From Candidatus Limnocylindrus sp. (lineage in GTDB: Bacteria; Chloroflexota; Limnocylindria; Limnocylindrales; Limnocylindraceae): a DNA stretch of 64,000 nucleotides. Numbering within the stretch: position 1 is the stretch's first letter; every line of letters starts with the position of its first letter. The notes under the pieces were generated by a model, which saw only the letters and a list, made by a program, of their open reading frames with translations, had not been told where the DNA came from and ran no database searches. The stretch spans positions 14,207-78,206 of the forward strand of contig JBJTVF010000014.1 of NCBI GenBank assembly GCA_046081085.1, written 5' to 3'. Shown here in pieces: positions 8,956-24,288 of the stretch. Position numbers and translations under genes: made by a program.

Positions 8956-10389
8956 TCAACGATTGAGCGCTTCGCGAATCAATTCGCCAAGGAGCGCTGC
9001 ATCGCCGCGCCCTTTGCTCGCCTTCATCGCTTGGCCAACGAGGAAGCTTACGGCCTGCTGCTTCCCCGCCTTCCAGTCGGCAATCGCTTGCGGGTTTGCC
9101 GCAATGACCTCGGCGATGATCTTCTCGAGTGCACCCGCGTCACTGATCTGTCCCAGTCCTCGCGCGGAGATCGCCTCACGGACATTCAGCGGCGTCTTCA
9201 TCATTTCGGTGAAGAGCGCCTTCGCCGTAGTGCCGTTGATCTCCCTGCTCGCAACTGCGGCGACAAGCGCAGCAAACTGGACAGGATCTGGGTCAGCAGC
9301 ACCCTCTTTCGCCACACGTAGGTATTCACCGCTCACCCAATTCGCAAGCAGTTTCACGTCCAGTCCGCTCTGAGCGGAACGTGCCGCCTCAAAGAGTGCG
9401 GCGGCACGCGGTTCGGCAACGAGTACACCTGCGTCATAGTCGGTGAGTCCGAGCTCGCTGACGTAGCGCGCGCGCCTCGCCCCTGGGAGCTCTGGGAGAC
9501 CCACGGTGATCCCATTGAGCCAGGCGGGATCGATGTCGAGTGGCGGCAGGTCGGGCTCAGGGAAGTAACGATAGTCGTGCGAGTCCTCCTTCGCGCGCAT
9601 CGTGTAGGTGGTTTCGCTCCCCTCGTCCCATCCACGTGTCTCTTGCGTGACCTTCCCCCCCGCGTCCAGCACCTCTGTCTGGCGCGCAATCTCGTAGGCG
9701 ATCGCTCGCTCAACTGAACGGAACGAGTTCATGTTCTTCACTTCTACGCGGGTACCGAATGCGTGATCGCTTGAACGCCGCAGCGAAACGTTTGCCTCCA
9801 CGCGCATCTGACCGTTCTCCATCTCGGCGTCAGCCGCACCAATGGTTCGCAGGAGGAGTCGCAACTCTTCTGCATAGCGCCGCGCAGTCTCACCATCGCG
9901 GATGTCAGGCTCAGTCACGATCTCAAGGAGCGCTGCCCCCGATCGGTTGTAATCAATGAGGCTCGCCCTCGTCCCGTCGGCCCCCTTCTCATGTCGAAGT
10001 CTCGCCGTATCCTCCTCGAGGTGTGCGCGTCGAATCCGTACGGAACTGGAACCCGTACTCGTGATGACTGTGAGACTACCGTGCTCCGCGAGTGGCAGAT
10101 CAAGCTGGCTGATCTGATAGCCCTTTGGGAGGTCGGGGTAGAAATAGTTCTTCCGATCCCAACGAGTGGTTGCGGGGCTCTTCGCACCGATTGCGGCACC
10201 CACCGCGAGTACCCTCTCAATCGCAGTGCGGTTCGGCACTGGGAGGGCGCCTGGGAGCCCGAGGCACGTAGGGCAGGTGCGCGTGTTCGGCGCGTCTCCC
10301 TCGGTTGGGATCGCACACGGGCAGAACATCTTCGTAGCGGTGCGCAACTGCACATGGATCTCAATGCCGATCACCGCCTCCCAGCTCAT
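8956..10389 (-). CDS. gatB: Asp-tRNA(Asn)/Glu-tRNA(Gln) amidotransferase subunit B.
   Basis: MSWEAVIGIEIHVQLRTATKMFCPCA...; full-length, 477 aa. Confidence 0.95.
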   Translation of the reverse strand: MSWEAVIGIEIHVQLRTATKMFCPCAIPTEGDAPNTRTCPTCLGLPGALPVPNRTAIERVLAVGAAIGAKSPATTRWDRKNYFYPDLPKGYQISQLDLPLAEHGSLTVITSTGSSSVRIRRAHLEEDTARLRHEKGADGTRASLIDYNRSGAALLEIVTEPDIRDGETARRYAEELRLLLRTIGAADAEMENGQMRVEANVSLRRSSDHAFGTRVEVKNMNSFRSVERAIAYEIARQTEVLDAGGKVTQETRGWDEGSETTYTMRAKEDSHDYRYFPEPDLPPLDIDPAWLNGITVGLPELPGARRARYVSELGLTDYDAGVLVAEPRAAALFEAARSAQSGLDVKLLANWVSGEYLRVAKEGAADPDPVQFAALVAAVASREINGTTAKALFTEMMKTPLNVREAISARGLGQISDAGALEKIIAEVIAANPQAIADWKAGKQQAVSFLVGQAMKASKGRGDAALLGELIREALNR

Positions 10390-11570
10390 CGGGAAGCCGC
10401 CCGCAGCGACGCGACAAATCGCCCAATACGTACAAGCGCCTCTCGCAACCTCTCCTCAGAAACGGCGTAACAGATTCGCACATGACCGCGCCCGCTCTCC
10501 CCGAAGGCAGACCCAGGAACTACGGCGACTCGCTCCTCCTGCAGAAGTCGTTCAGCGAACGCCTCGTCACTGATACCTAACGCGGAAACGTTCGGGAAGG
10601 CGTAGAACGCGCCCTTCGGCGCTCCCGTAGGGAGTTTCAGTGCGGCAAGTCCATCCAGAACGATCCTCCGGCGACGTGCGTAGGCGGCGCGCATCTCTTC
10701 AAGCGCGGGTTCACCGTTGCGCAGCGCCTCAAGCGCGGCATCTTGAGATGGGGTGGGTGCGCTCATGATCGCGTACTGATGAATCTTTACCAGTCCAGCA
10801 ACGATCTCCGCTGGGGCACAAAGGAAGCCAACACGCCAACCCGTCATTGCGTACGACTTTGAGAAGCCGCCGATCAGTATCGTGCGCTCCTTCATCCCGG
10901 GATACGCCGAGACCGCCCGATGCGCGGGCCCCTCATAGACGAGCCGGTCATAGATCTCGTCGCTGATCACCAAGAGGTCGTGCTTCACTGCGATCTGCGA
11001 CAGTTCGACACGTGTTGCCTCATCAAGGGTCGCACCCGTCGGATTCGCCGGGTACCCAAGGAAGAGCGCCTTTGCGCCGCTCGCTGCAGCATCCACCGCG
11101 CTTGAATCCAACCGCCAGCCATCGTCCGCGCGTGTGGGAACTGAACGAACCTCCCCACCCGCAAAGATCACCGAAGGGAGATACGCAACGTACGAAGGCT
11201 CTGGCAGGATGATGCGATCCCCAGGATTGATCGTGCCGCGAATGGCAAGGTCAACCGCTTCGGATGCACCAATCGTCACGATGATCTCCGATGCGGGGTC
11301 ATATCGCACACCCGATCGCTCGAAGATCTTGTCTGAGATTGCCGCGCGCAGCTCCGGTGTCCCGTAGTTTGACGTGTAGTGCGTCCGCCCCGCACGAAGG
11401 CTACTGATCGCCGCTTCCGTGATGTGGCTCGGCGTATCAAAGTCCGGCTCGCCGACGCCAAGGCTGATGATGTCCTCCATCTGCGCCGCGATATCGAAGA
11501 ATCGACGGATGCCTGACGGGGGCACCGCATGCACGCGATCGGCGAGCGTGCGCTCGGCGAAGCTGCTCAT
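10386..11570 (-). CDS. PLP-dependent class I aminotransferase (aspartate/aromatic aminotransferase-like). It is inserted between gatA and gatB.
   Basis: GVGEPDFDTPSHI..., NPTGATL and SKSYAMTGWRVGF (the Lys-containing PLP attachment motif). Confidence 0.85.
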   Translation of the reverse strand: MSSFAERTLADRVHAVPPSGIRRFFDIAAQMEDIISLGVGEPDFDTPSHITEAAISSLRAGRTHYTSNYGTPELRAAISDKIFERSGVRYDPASEIIVTIGASEAVDLAIRGTINPGDRIILPEPSYVAYLPSVIFAGGEVRSVPTRADDGWRLDSSAVDAAASGAKALFLGYPANPTGATLDEATRVELSQIAVKHDLLVISDEIYDRLVYEGPAHRAVSAYPGMKERTILIGGFSKSYAMTGWRVGFLCAPAEIVAGLVKIHQYAIMSAPTPSQDAALEALRNGEPALEEMRAAYARRRRIVLDGLAALKLPTGAPKGAFYAFPNVSALGISDEAFAERLLQEERVAVVPGSAFGESGRGHVRICYAVSEERLREALVRIGRFVASLRAASR

Positions 11571-13108
11571 GCGGCACCTCCGAGCGTTGCGAGATCTGTC
11601 GGCTCAACTGCTCGCCATGGCGCATCAACCGTGAGCGCCTCATAGCCAGCGGCGATTGAGAGGAGACCAGCCTCACTCCAGGGGGCGCCGATCAGTTGCA
11701 GGCCGACTGGGAGACCGTCGGAGAGCCCGCACGGCGTGCTGAGCCCTGGGAGCCCCGCCATGTTCGTTGGGATCGTACAGGCATCGGCGAGATACATGGC
11801 GACAGGATCACTCAACTTTGCGCCAAACTTCCACGCGACTGACGGACTCGCTGGCGCGACGATCGCGTCATACCCTGCCGACCAGATGCGATCAAAGTCA
11901 CGGGCAATGAGCGTGCGCACCTTCTGTGCCTTGAGGTAGTACGCGTCATAAAAGCCTGCCGAGAGCGCATAGGTACCAAGCATGATGCGTCGGCGTACCT
12001 CGGGTCCGAAGCCGCGTCCACGCGTCGATAGGTAGCCACCAAGCAGATCGCCTCCGCCATGCTTCGACGCGCCGAACCTGATTCCGTCGTAGCGTGCAAG
12101 ATTCGCAGACGCCTCGGCCGGCGCCACGATGTAGTACGTGGCAAGAGCATGCTCTGTGGTTGGCAGGCTCACCTCATCAATGACAGCGCCAGCCGACTGC
12201 AGTGAAGCAACCGCGGCGCGAACCGCCGCCTCCACTCCCGGCTCCATCCCTGCGACGAAGTACTCCTTCGGGAGGGCAAGGCGCTTCCCCTTGATCGCAC
12301 TCGCCGCCTGGTCCCCATGAGGGAGCGTTAGCAGCGCTGCATCAATAGGGGTTGTGGAGCTCGTCGCATCCCGAGGGTCAGATCCAGCAATCGCGTGAAG
12401 CAGCAACGCGGCGTCCTGCGCGCTGCGCGCGAATGGTCCGATCTGATCGAGGGAGGATGCGAAGGCGACGATGCCATAGCGCGAGACGCGGCCGTAGGTT
12501 GGCTTCATCCCTGTGATCCCGGTTAGGCTCGCCGGTTGGCGGATTGACCCACCCGTGTCACTGCCGATGCTGAGTGGTGCATGGAACGCCGCAACTGCCG
12601 AAGCGGATCCGCCTGACGAGCCACCTGGGACGCGTTCACGATCCCACGGATTGACCGTGCGTCGGTACGCACTGAACTCGGTTGACGAGCCCATCGCAAA
12701 CTCATCCATGTTCGTCTTCCCGAGAATGAGCGCGCCCGCAGCCTTGAGCTTGGACGTGATCGTGGCGTCGTATGGACTAACGTAGCCCTCAAGCATCTTG
12801 GAGCCAGCGGTGGTTGGAGTGCCTCGCATGTTGACGAGATCCTTAAGCGCAACGGGGACGCCAAGGAGAGGTGCGAGTGCATGAACCGCGTCTGGTCGGT
12901 TAGCTCGGGCCGCCGCATACGCATCATCGGCGCGTTGCGCCTCCCCACGGACCTCATCCGTTCGTAGATGCAGCCACGCACCGAGTGCGGCATCTTCCTG
13001 TGTGATTGCGCCGAGGAGCTCGTCGACCACCTCGAGCGAAGTGAACGTACCGCTCCCATACCCGGCGCGAAGTTGAGCGGCGGTTGCCCGGCGAAGCTCT
13101 GCACTCAT
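11567..13108 (-). CDS. gatA: Glutamyl-tRNA(Gln) amidotransferase subunit A (amidase signature family).
   Basis: The GGSSGGSASAVAA amidase signature; 513 aa. It overlaps its neighbours by 4 nt. Confidence 0.9.
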   Translation of the reverse strand: MSAELRRATAAQLRAGYGSGTFTSLEVVDELLGAITQEDAALGAWLHLRTDEVRGEAQRADDAYAAARANRPDAVHALAPLLGVPVALKDLVNMRGTPTTAGSKMLEGYVSPYDATITSKLKAAGALILGKTNMDEFAMGSSTEFSAYRRTVNPWDRERVPGGSSGGSASAVAAFHAPLSIGSDTGGSIRQPASLTGITGMKPTYGRVSRYGIVAFASSLDQIGPFARSAQDAALLLHAIAGSDPRDATSSTTPIDAALLTLPHGDQAASAIKGKRLALPKEYFVAGMEPGVEAAVRAAVASLQSAGAVIDEVSLPTTEHALATYYIVAPAEASANLARYDGIRFGASKHGGGDLLGGYLSTRGRGFGPEVRRRIMLGTYALSAGFYDAYYLKAQKVRTLIARDFDRIWSAGYDAIVAPASPSVAWKFGAKLSDPVAMYLADACTIPTNMAGLPGLSTPCGLSDGLPVGLQLIGAPWSEAGLLSIAAGYEALTVDAPWRAVEPTDLATLGGAA

Positions 13109-13410
13109 CCGTCGGCCTCCTCACTCAGGATCGCCTGGACCTTCACATAGGCAACATTACGAGCGGGTGCGTTCTGCAGGGCCTCGTCGGCAGAGAGCGA
13201 AGGTTGCGGCGTGTCTACACGGAGTCGCATCGCTTGAACGATCGTCTGTGCGCTCGCCGGAACGCTTGAAGTATCCACCTCGGCGAGGCGAGACCACTGC
13301 TCGAGGATCAGGTTTAGGTCGACCTGCAACGCCTCAATCTCTTCGTTCGTAAGGCCCAGGCGAGCGAGTGCGGCTACCTTCTCCACTTCGGCTCGGGTGA
13401 GTTTGCTCAT
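13105..13410 (-). CDS. gatC: Glutamyl-tRNA(Gln) amidotransferase subunit C.
   Basis: MSKLTRAEVEKVAALARLGLTNEEIE... GatC N-terminus; 101 aa. It sits directly upstream of gatA. Confidence 0.85.
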   Translation of the reverse strand: MSKLTRAEVEKVAALARLGLTNEEIEALQVDLNLILEQWSRLAEVDTSSVPASAQTIVQAMRLRVDTPQPSLSADEALQNAPARNVAYVKVQAILSEEADG

Positions 13411-13419
13411 GCGAGCATC

Positions 13420-18155
<4,736 letters not shown>

Positions 18156-18219
18156 GAAAAGATTCTACCGCCCGTACCCCATGGATCACGCACTCCCATG
18201 TTCTGTAGCCGGAACGGCG

Positions 18220-18250
18220 CGAGGGCTCCCAGCCCTGCTGGGAGCCCTCG
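18220..18250 (-). terminator. GC-rich hairpin (14 bp stem, 3 nt loop) 24 nt downstream of the groEL stop. It is a candidate intrinsic terminator with no U-tract.
   Basis: CGAGGGCTCCCAGC-CCT-GCTGGGAGCCCTCG is a perfect inverted repeat. Confidence 0.4.
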
Positions 18251-18273
18251 CACACCTGCGTCTGTGATGGCTA

Positions 18274-19908
<1,635 letters not shown>

Positions 19909-19960
19909 CTACTTTCTCTCTCTACTTCAATTGATTGTTTAACCGTGTTCGACTATCGCG

Positions 19961-20260
19961 CTACTCGACGATCGCGAGGATGTCCTTCGCGCCGACGATT
20001 AGGTACTCCGCGCCGTCGAGTTTGAACTCGGTGCCGGCGTACTTCGCGTGGAGTACGCGATCCCCCACCTTCACGTCAATTGGCTCGCGCTTCCCGTCAT
20101 CAAGGATGCGGCCTGGGCCAACGGAGACGACTTCGCCCTCTTGCGGCTTCTCTTGTGCCGTGTCAGGAAGGATGATCCCGCTCGCAGTCTTCTCGTCGCG
20201 CGGGACCGGCTTGACGACCACGCGGTCGCCGAGGGGTCGGAGTGATGCCTTCTTCGCCAT
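19961..20260 (-). CDS. groES: Co-chaperonin GroES (Cpn10).
   Basis: MAKKASLRPLGDRVVVKPV...; 99 aa. Confidence 0.95.
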   Translation of the reverse strand: MAKKASLRPLGDRVVVKPVPRDEKTASGIILPDTAQEKPQEGEVVSVGPGRILDDGKREPIDVKVGDRVLHAKYAGTEFKLDGAEYLIVGAKDILAIVE

Positions 20261-20341
20261 GGTTAACCTCCTGCTGGGCAGCGGGCACTTTGCCAGCTGC
20301 GGATACTCACAGCGCGCACGAACCGTGCGCTTGAGGGGATG

Positions 20342-20368
20342 TTAGCACTCTCGCCTGGAGAGTGCCAA
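20342..20368 (-). promoter_or_regulatory. CIRCE operator (HrcA-binding inverted repeat) in the groES leader.
   Basis: TTAGCACTC-N9-GAGTGCCAA on the plus strand. On the groES sense strand it reads TTGGCACTC-N9-GAGTGCTAA. It matches the consensus TTAGCACTC-N9-GAGTGCTAA at all but one position. Confidence 0.85.
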
Positions 20369-20376
20369 CAGCATGT

Positions 20377-21240
20377 TCAGGCTGAGCGTGGAGTCAGGTC
20401 AGGCCGAGGCCGACTGCGCGGGAATGTTCGGTCGTAGTTCGCACTGATCGCCGCAGCGAGGAGCTCGATCGGTTCAGCACGCCGCTCCGCGATCCAAGCG
20501 AGGGTCAGAGCAACGTTCGCTGGCTCGTTACGGCTCGGGTCTGGGGCACCGGGCATCGCAAGCCAGGGCGCGTCCGTCTCCGTCAAGAGTCGGTCGAGCG
20601 GGATGCTGCGAACCCAACCTTCGGTGGCGCGCTCTTCCGGGCGAAAGACGAGTCCCGAGAGTGAGACCACACCGCCGAGCGCGAGCCCTTCGTTGATGTA
20701 CTCGGCGCTCCCTGAGGCGCTATGCAAGATGAACGGAGGGCGGTCGTTGAAGGCCGCGCGGCCTTGTGCGCCCGTGATCGCCGACCCCTTCAGCGTCTTG
20801 ATCAACAGCCGCTGCGCGTCATCAGCGTCACCCGCAGATCGGCAGTGGAGGATCAGCGGCTTCCCAAGCATTACAGCAACCTCGATGTGTGCCTCAAGGT
20901 TCGCCACCTGGTCGGCAATCGGCGCGAAGTTCCGCTTCGTGTCGATCCCCGTCTCGCCGATCGCCACAATCTCTGGCGCATCGGCCCCCGCCAGAAGTGT
21001 GGCCCGCAGATGCGCCTCGTCCGCCGCGTGGTGTGGATGGATGCCAATCGCCGCATCCATCCACGGGTTTGCCTGCACGATCTCTTGTGCGCCGCGCGAA
21101 CTCGCTGAACTCCAGGACGGAACGAGAAGCCGCGTCGCCCCCGCAGGAATCAGTCTCGCGATCACCTCTTCGCGATCGGCGTCGAAGCGCTCGGCCTGAA
21201 GGTGGCCGTGCGCGTCAGTCAGCGGAAGACGTGGGCTCAT
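20377..21240 (-). CDS. tatD: TatD-family metal-dependent hydrolase/DNase. The start is probably the internal Met (MSPRLPLTDAHGHL); the ORF-track N-terminal extension overlaps metG.
   Basis: TDAHGHL and ...HCR... with the downstream SAS/E/D metal ligands match the TatD motifs. Confidence 0.8.
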   Translation of the reverse strand: MSPRLPLTDAHGHLQAERFDADREEVIARLIPAGATRLLVPSWSSASSRGAQEIVQANPWMDAAIGIHPHHAADEAHLRATLLAGADAPEIVAIGETGIDTKRNFAPIADQVANLEAHIEVAVMLGKPLILHCRSAGDADDAQRLLIKTLKGSAITGAQGRAAFNDRPPFILHSASGSAEYINEGLALGGVVSLSGLVFRPEERATEGWVRSIPLDRLLTETDAPWLAMPGAPDPSRNEPANVALTLAWIAERRAEPIELLAAAISANYDRTFPRSRPRPDLTPRSA

Positions 21241-22861
21241 CAGCGTCAAGTCGAGGGAAGAGTGGTGTTGGCTCTCCGAGCGGACCGCTACGGGTTGCAC
21301 TCCCCCACCCTGCAAGATCACTTCGCGGGGTAGCACCGTGCCCAGAAGCGTCATACGGCCACTGATAGCCGAGCAGGCTCCAGATCTTCTCAGACACCGT
21401 CGGGATCACCGGAGCCGCATAAAGCGCGACGAGTCGGCACGCTTCAAGGAGATCACCGAGCACATCGGCGAGTCGTGCCCGCGCCTCCGCATCGCCCGCC
21501 TTCGCCGCCTTCACCAACTCCCACGGCTTCTCTCCGTCAACATATCGGTTTGCAGCTCCAACGAACTCCCAGAGCGCACCGATCCATTCGTGAAGCGCGA
21601 GGACGTTCATCGCCTCCTCGCTCTTATGGCGCGCAGACTCCCAATCAGCGGCGAGCGACGAGTCTCCCGCTGCACGCGGCGCGGGCGCATCTCCCCCGAA
21701 CACACGATTCGCCAGCGTTGACGCACGGTTCACAAGGTTCCCAAAGTCATTTGCAAGCTCTGCGTTGTAGCGGCGGATGATGGAGTCCCAACTTACATCT
21801 CCATCGCGATCAAACGGAACCTCACGCAAGGCGACAAAGCGAGCACCATCCGCACCGAGCGCAGCAACGGCATTATCGGGATCAAGGAAGTTTCCGCGAC
21901 TCTTGCTCATCCTTTCGCCACTGGAGAGAAGCCATCCGTGCACCCAGATCTTCTTCGGTGCAGGGAGTCCAGCGCTCCACAGCATCGCCGGCCAGAAGAC
22001 TGAGTGGAAACGATTGATGTCCTTCCCGATGATGTGCAGATCCGCGGGCCACCATGGTGCTCCACTTGGATCGGCTGGGAAGCCGGCACCCGTGAGGTAG
22101 TTGATCAGCGCGTCGTACCAAACATAGATAGTCCCCGCGGCAGGGTCACCGCTCCCGTCAGCGCCGAGCGCACTCGTCCCGTCTTCGTAAATCGGGAAGG
22201 GGATGCCCCAGCTTCCGCCTTCACGGCTAATGGAGAAATCTTCAAGTCCTTGGCGAACGAACCCGAGCATCTCGTTGCGCCGATACTCAGGCTGTACCGG
22301 CGAAGGATCCTGATTCAGCCACGCCTCAAGTCGCTCCTGGTACGCGCTGAGTCGGAAGAACCAGTTTCGCTCTTTGAGCCACTGAAGTAGAACACCTGGA
22401 TGATTAGGACAGACCGTCGCACTCCCCTCGCTGACCACATCGCCCGCTGCACGAAACCCTTCGTTTGGGCAGTACCACCCCTCATAGGTTCCAAGGTAGA
22501 TGTCCCCGGTAGCAAATGATCGGCGCACCATCTCCTGCGCTGCGAGGGTGTGATCCGCATCGGTGGTGCGGATAAAGCGATCTGGAGTGATCAGTAGCAG
22601 TGCCTCGCTCTCCTTGAAGAGGGCAACGTTGCGATCAACGAAGGCCTTCGGCGAGAGCCCCTCCTCTTCTGCGCGGGCGGCGATGTTCACGGAGTACTCG
22701 TCGGTGCCGGTGAGGAAGCGCACCTCGTCGCCGCCCATCCTTCTCCAGCGCGCGATGACATCCGCCCCAATCACCTCATAGAGCGTGTGCAGGCCAGGCT
22801 TGTTGTTTGCGTAGGCGATGGCCGTCGTCAGGTAGTACCGCATCGCGACCGAGTGTCGCAC
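21215..22861 (-). CDS. metG: Methionyl-tRNA synthetase (short form without a C-terminal dimerisation domain).
   Basis: A class I aaRS HIGH-like region near the N-terminus (YLTTAIAYANNKPGLH) and the KMSKS motif (ERMSKSRGN); 548 aa. Confidence 0.93.
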   Translation of the reverse strand: MRHSVAMRYYLTTAIAYANNKPGLHTLYEVIGADVIARWRRMGGDEVRFLTGTDEYSVNIAARAEEEGLSPKAFVDRNVALFKESEALLLITPDRFIRTTDADHTLAAQEMVRRSFATGDIYLGTYEGWYCPNEGFRAAGDVVSEGSATVCPNHPGVLLQWLKERNWFFRLSAYQERLEAWLNQDPSPVQPEYRRNEMLGFVRQGLEDFSISREGGSWGIPFPIYEDGTSALGADGSGDPAAGTIYVWYDALINYLTGAGFPADPSGAPWWPADLHIIGKDINRFHSVFWPAMLWSAGLPAPKKIWVHGWLLSSGERMSKSRGNFLDPDNAVAALGADGARFVALREVPFDRDGDVSWDSIIRRYNAELANDFGNLVNRASTLANRVFGGDAPAPRAAGDSSLAADWESARHKSEEAMNVLALHEWIGALWEFVGAANRYVDGEKPWELVKAAKAGDAEARARLADVLGDLLEACRLVALYAAPVIPTVSEKIWSLLGYQWPYDASGHGATPRSDLAGWGSATRSGPLGEPTPLFPRLDADEPTSSAD

Positions 22862-22962
22862 ACGATACGTCCGCCGTATGCGCGCAAGGGGATGCTTCGT
22901 GCACGGAGCGGGTAAAGGCGCAGGGTGAGACCCCTGGGGCCCGCCTCGAGAGAGGAGCCACG

Positions 22963-23358
22963 ATGAACAAGGTGATGCTGGCAGGGAGGATGACCAAGCC
23001 GGTGGAGATCAAGTCTCTGCCTTCGGGGAGCAAGGTTGCGGTGGGGAGCCTCGCCAGCCACGACTACCGAGGCGGCGAAGAGCGGACGGAGTTCCACCGC
23101 CTTGTCTTCTGGGAGAAGCTCGCGGAGATCGCGGCCACCCACCTACAGGCCGGGTCACTCGTTGCGATCGATGGGCGACTGAAGGCGCACGAGTGGGAGA
23201 GTGAAGGGGCACGGCGCTGGATGACGGAGGTCATCGTCAACCGTCTCGAATTCCTCGGCCCGAAACCCCAAAGTGCGGAGCCCGTCGCGCAGGGTGGCGA
23301 ACCGACTGATCTATGTGAGGCGGAATACGGCGAGGAGATCGCTCCGGTTCGCGCGTAG
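22963..23358 (+). CDS. ssb: Single-stranded DNA-binding protein paralog (OB fold, 131 aa). It lacks the canonical Gly-rich linker and the acidic DDDIPF tip.
   Basis: MNKVMLAGRMTKPVEIKSLPSGSKVAVGSLASHDYRGGEERTEFHRLVFWEKLAEIAATHLQAGSLVAIDGRLKAHEWE is the SSB OB-fold signature. An AGAGGAGCC RBS precedes the start. Confidence 0.8.
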   Translation: MNKVMLAGRMTKPVEIKSLPSGSKVAVGSLASHDYRGGEERTEFHRLVFWEKLAEIAATHLQAGSLVAIDGRLKAHEWESEGARRWMTEVIVNRLEFLGPKPQSAEPVAQGGEPTDLCEAEYGEEIAPVRA

Positions 23359-23365
23359 CGTTGGC

Positions 23366-23395
23366 GCGGCCGAGCGGTTACTCCCCCTCGGCCGC
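23366..23395. terminator. Candidate bidirectional hairpin between the convergent ssb and rsmI genes.
   Basis: GCGGCCGAG-N12-CTCGGCCGC, 8 nt after the ssb stop. It overlaps the last codons of rsmI. Confidence 0.3.
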
Positions 23396-24265
23396 GTCGC
23401 GGTGCGCCAGCGACCAGAGTCTGCGCCTGTCGAGCTTCCACGCTGCCGCGATCGCTCGAACCGCATCACTGCGAGAAGAACCTTCCGCGATGCGCTGCTC
23501 AACAGCAGCAAGCGCAGCAAGATACGCGCCGTCAACGTCGGATTCGGTGACATCCGCGATTGACTCACCAAGCACGATGACAAACTCACCGCGACCATCA
23601 ACCGCTCCAGACTCAACGAGCCCTGCGAGCGCTGCGAGAGAGCCGCGTCGGATCTCTTCATGCATCTTCGTAAGCTCCCGACAGAGTGCCGCGGGACGGT
23701 CTGGACCTGCCGCCTCCACTAAATCTCGCAGGGTTTCAGCCACGCGGTTCCCCGCCTCGTAAATCACGCTCGCGCGAAGATCCGCTGCGAGCGCGCCAAT
23801 GGCACGTCGACGATCCGAACCGCTACGAGGGAGGAAGCCTTCGAAGTTCCAACGTGCACCAGCAACGCCAGATGCGACCACGGCAGCGAGGAGCGCGGAT
23901 GCGCCAGGGATCGGAACGATGCGGACTCCTGCGGCGATCGCCGCTCGCACAAGCTGCGCTCCAGGGTCGCTGACCAACGGGGTCCCAGCATCGCTAATGA
24001 GCGCTACTGCCTCCCCCGCCAGAAGCCGAGCGATGATTGGCGCAATTCGATCCGATTCATCAAAGCCAGGGAGCGATGTCGTCTCTGTGTTCACTTCGAT
24101 GGATGAGAGCAACACCCGTGCAACGCGCGAATCCTCCGCGAGGATTAGGCGTACCTCGCGCAACACGGCCACAGCCCGGGGCGAGAGATCGGCGAGATTT
24201 CCGATTGGCGTGGAAACGATGTGTAGTGCTCCTGGAGTTGCGCCGCCGCCTCGGCCGTCACCCAT
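23378..24265 (-). CDS. rsmI: 16S rRNA (cytidine1402-2'-O)-methyltransferase.
   Basis: Tetrapyrrole-methylase fold, LHIVSTPIGNLADLSPRA...ILAEDSR...ISDAGTPLVSDPG. Confidence 0.9.
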   Translation of the reverse strand: MGDGRGGGATPGALHIVSTPIGNLADLSPRAVAVLREVRLILAEDSRVARVLLSSIEVNTETTSLPGFDESDRIAPIIARLLAGEAVALISDAGTPLVSDPGAQLVRAAIAAGVRIVPIPGASALLAAVVASGVAGARWNFEGFLPRSGSDRRRAIGALAADLRASVIYEAGNRVAETLRDLVEAAGPDRPAALCRELTKMHEEIRRGSLAALAGLVESGAVDGRGEFVIVLGESIADVTESDVDGAYLAALAAVEQRIAEGSSRSDAVRAIAAAWKLDRRRLWSLAHRDAAEGE

Positions 24266-24288
24266 CTTTTGACGACCAGCTCAACAAA

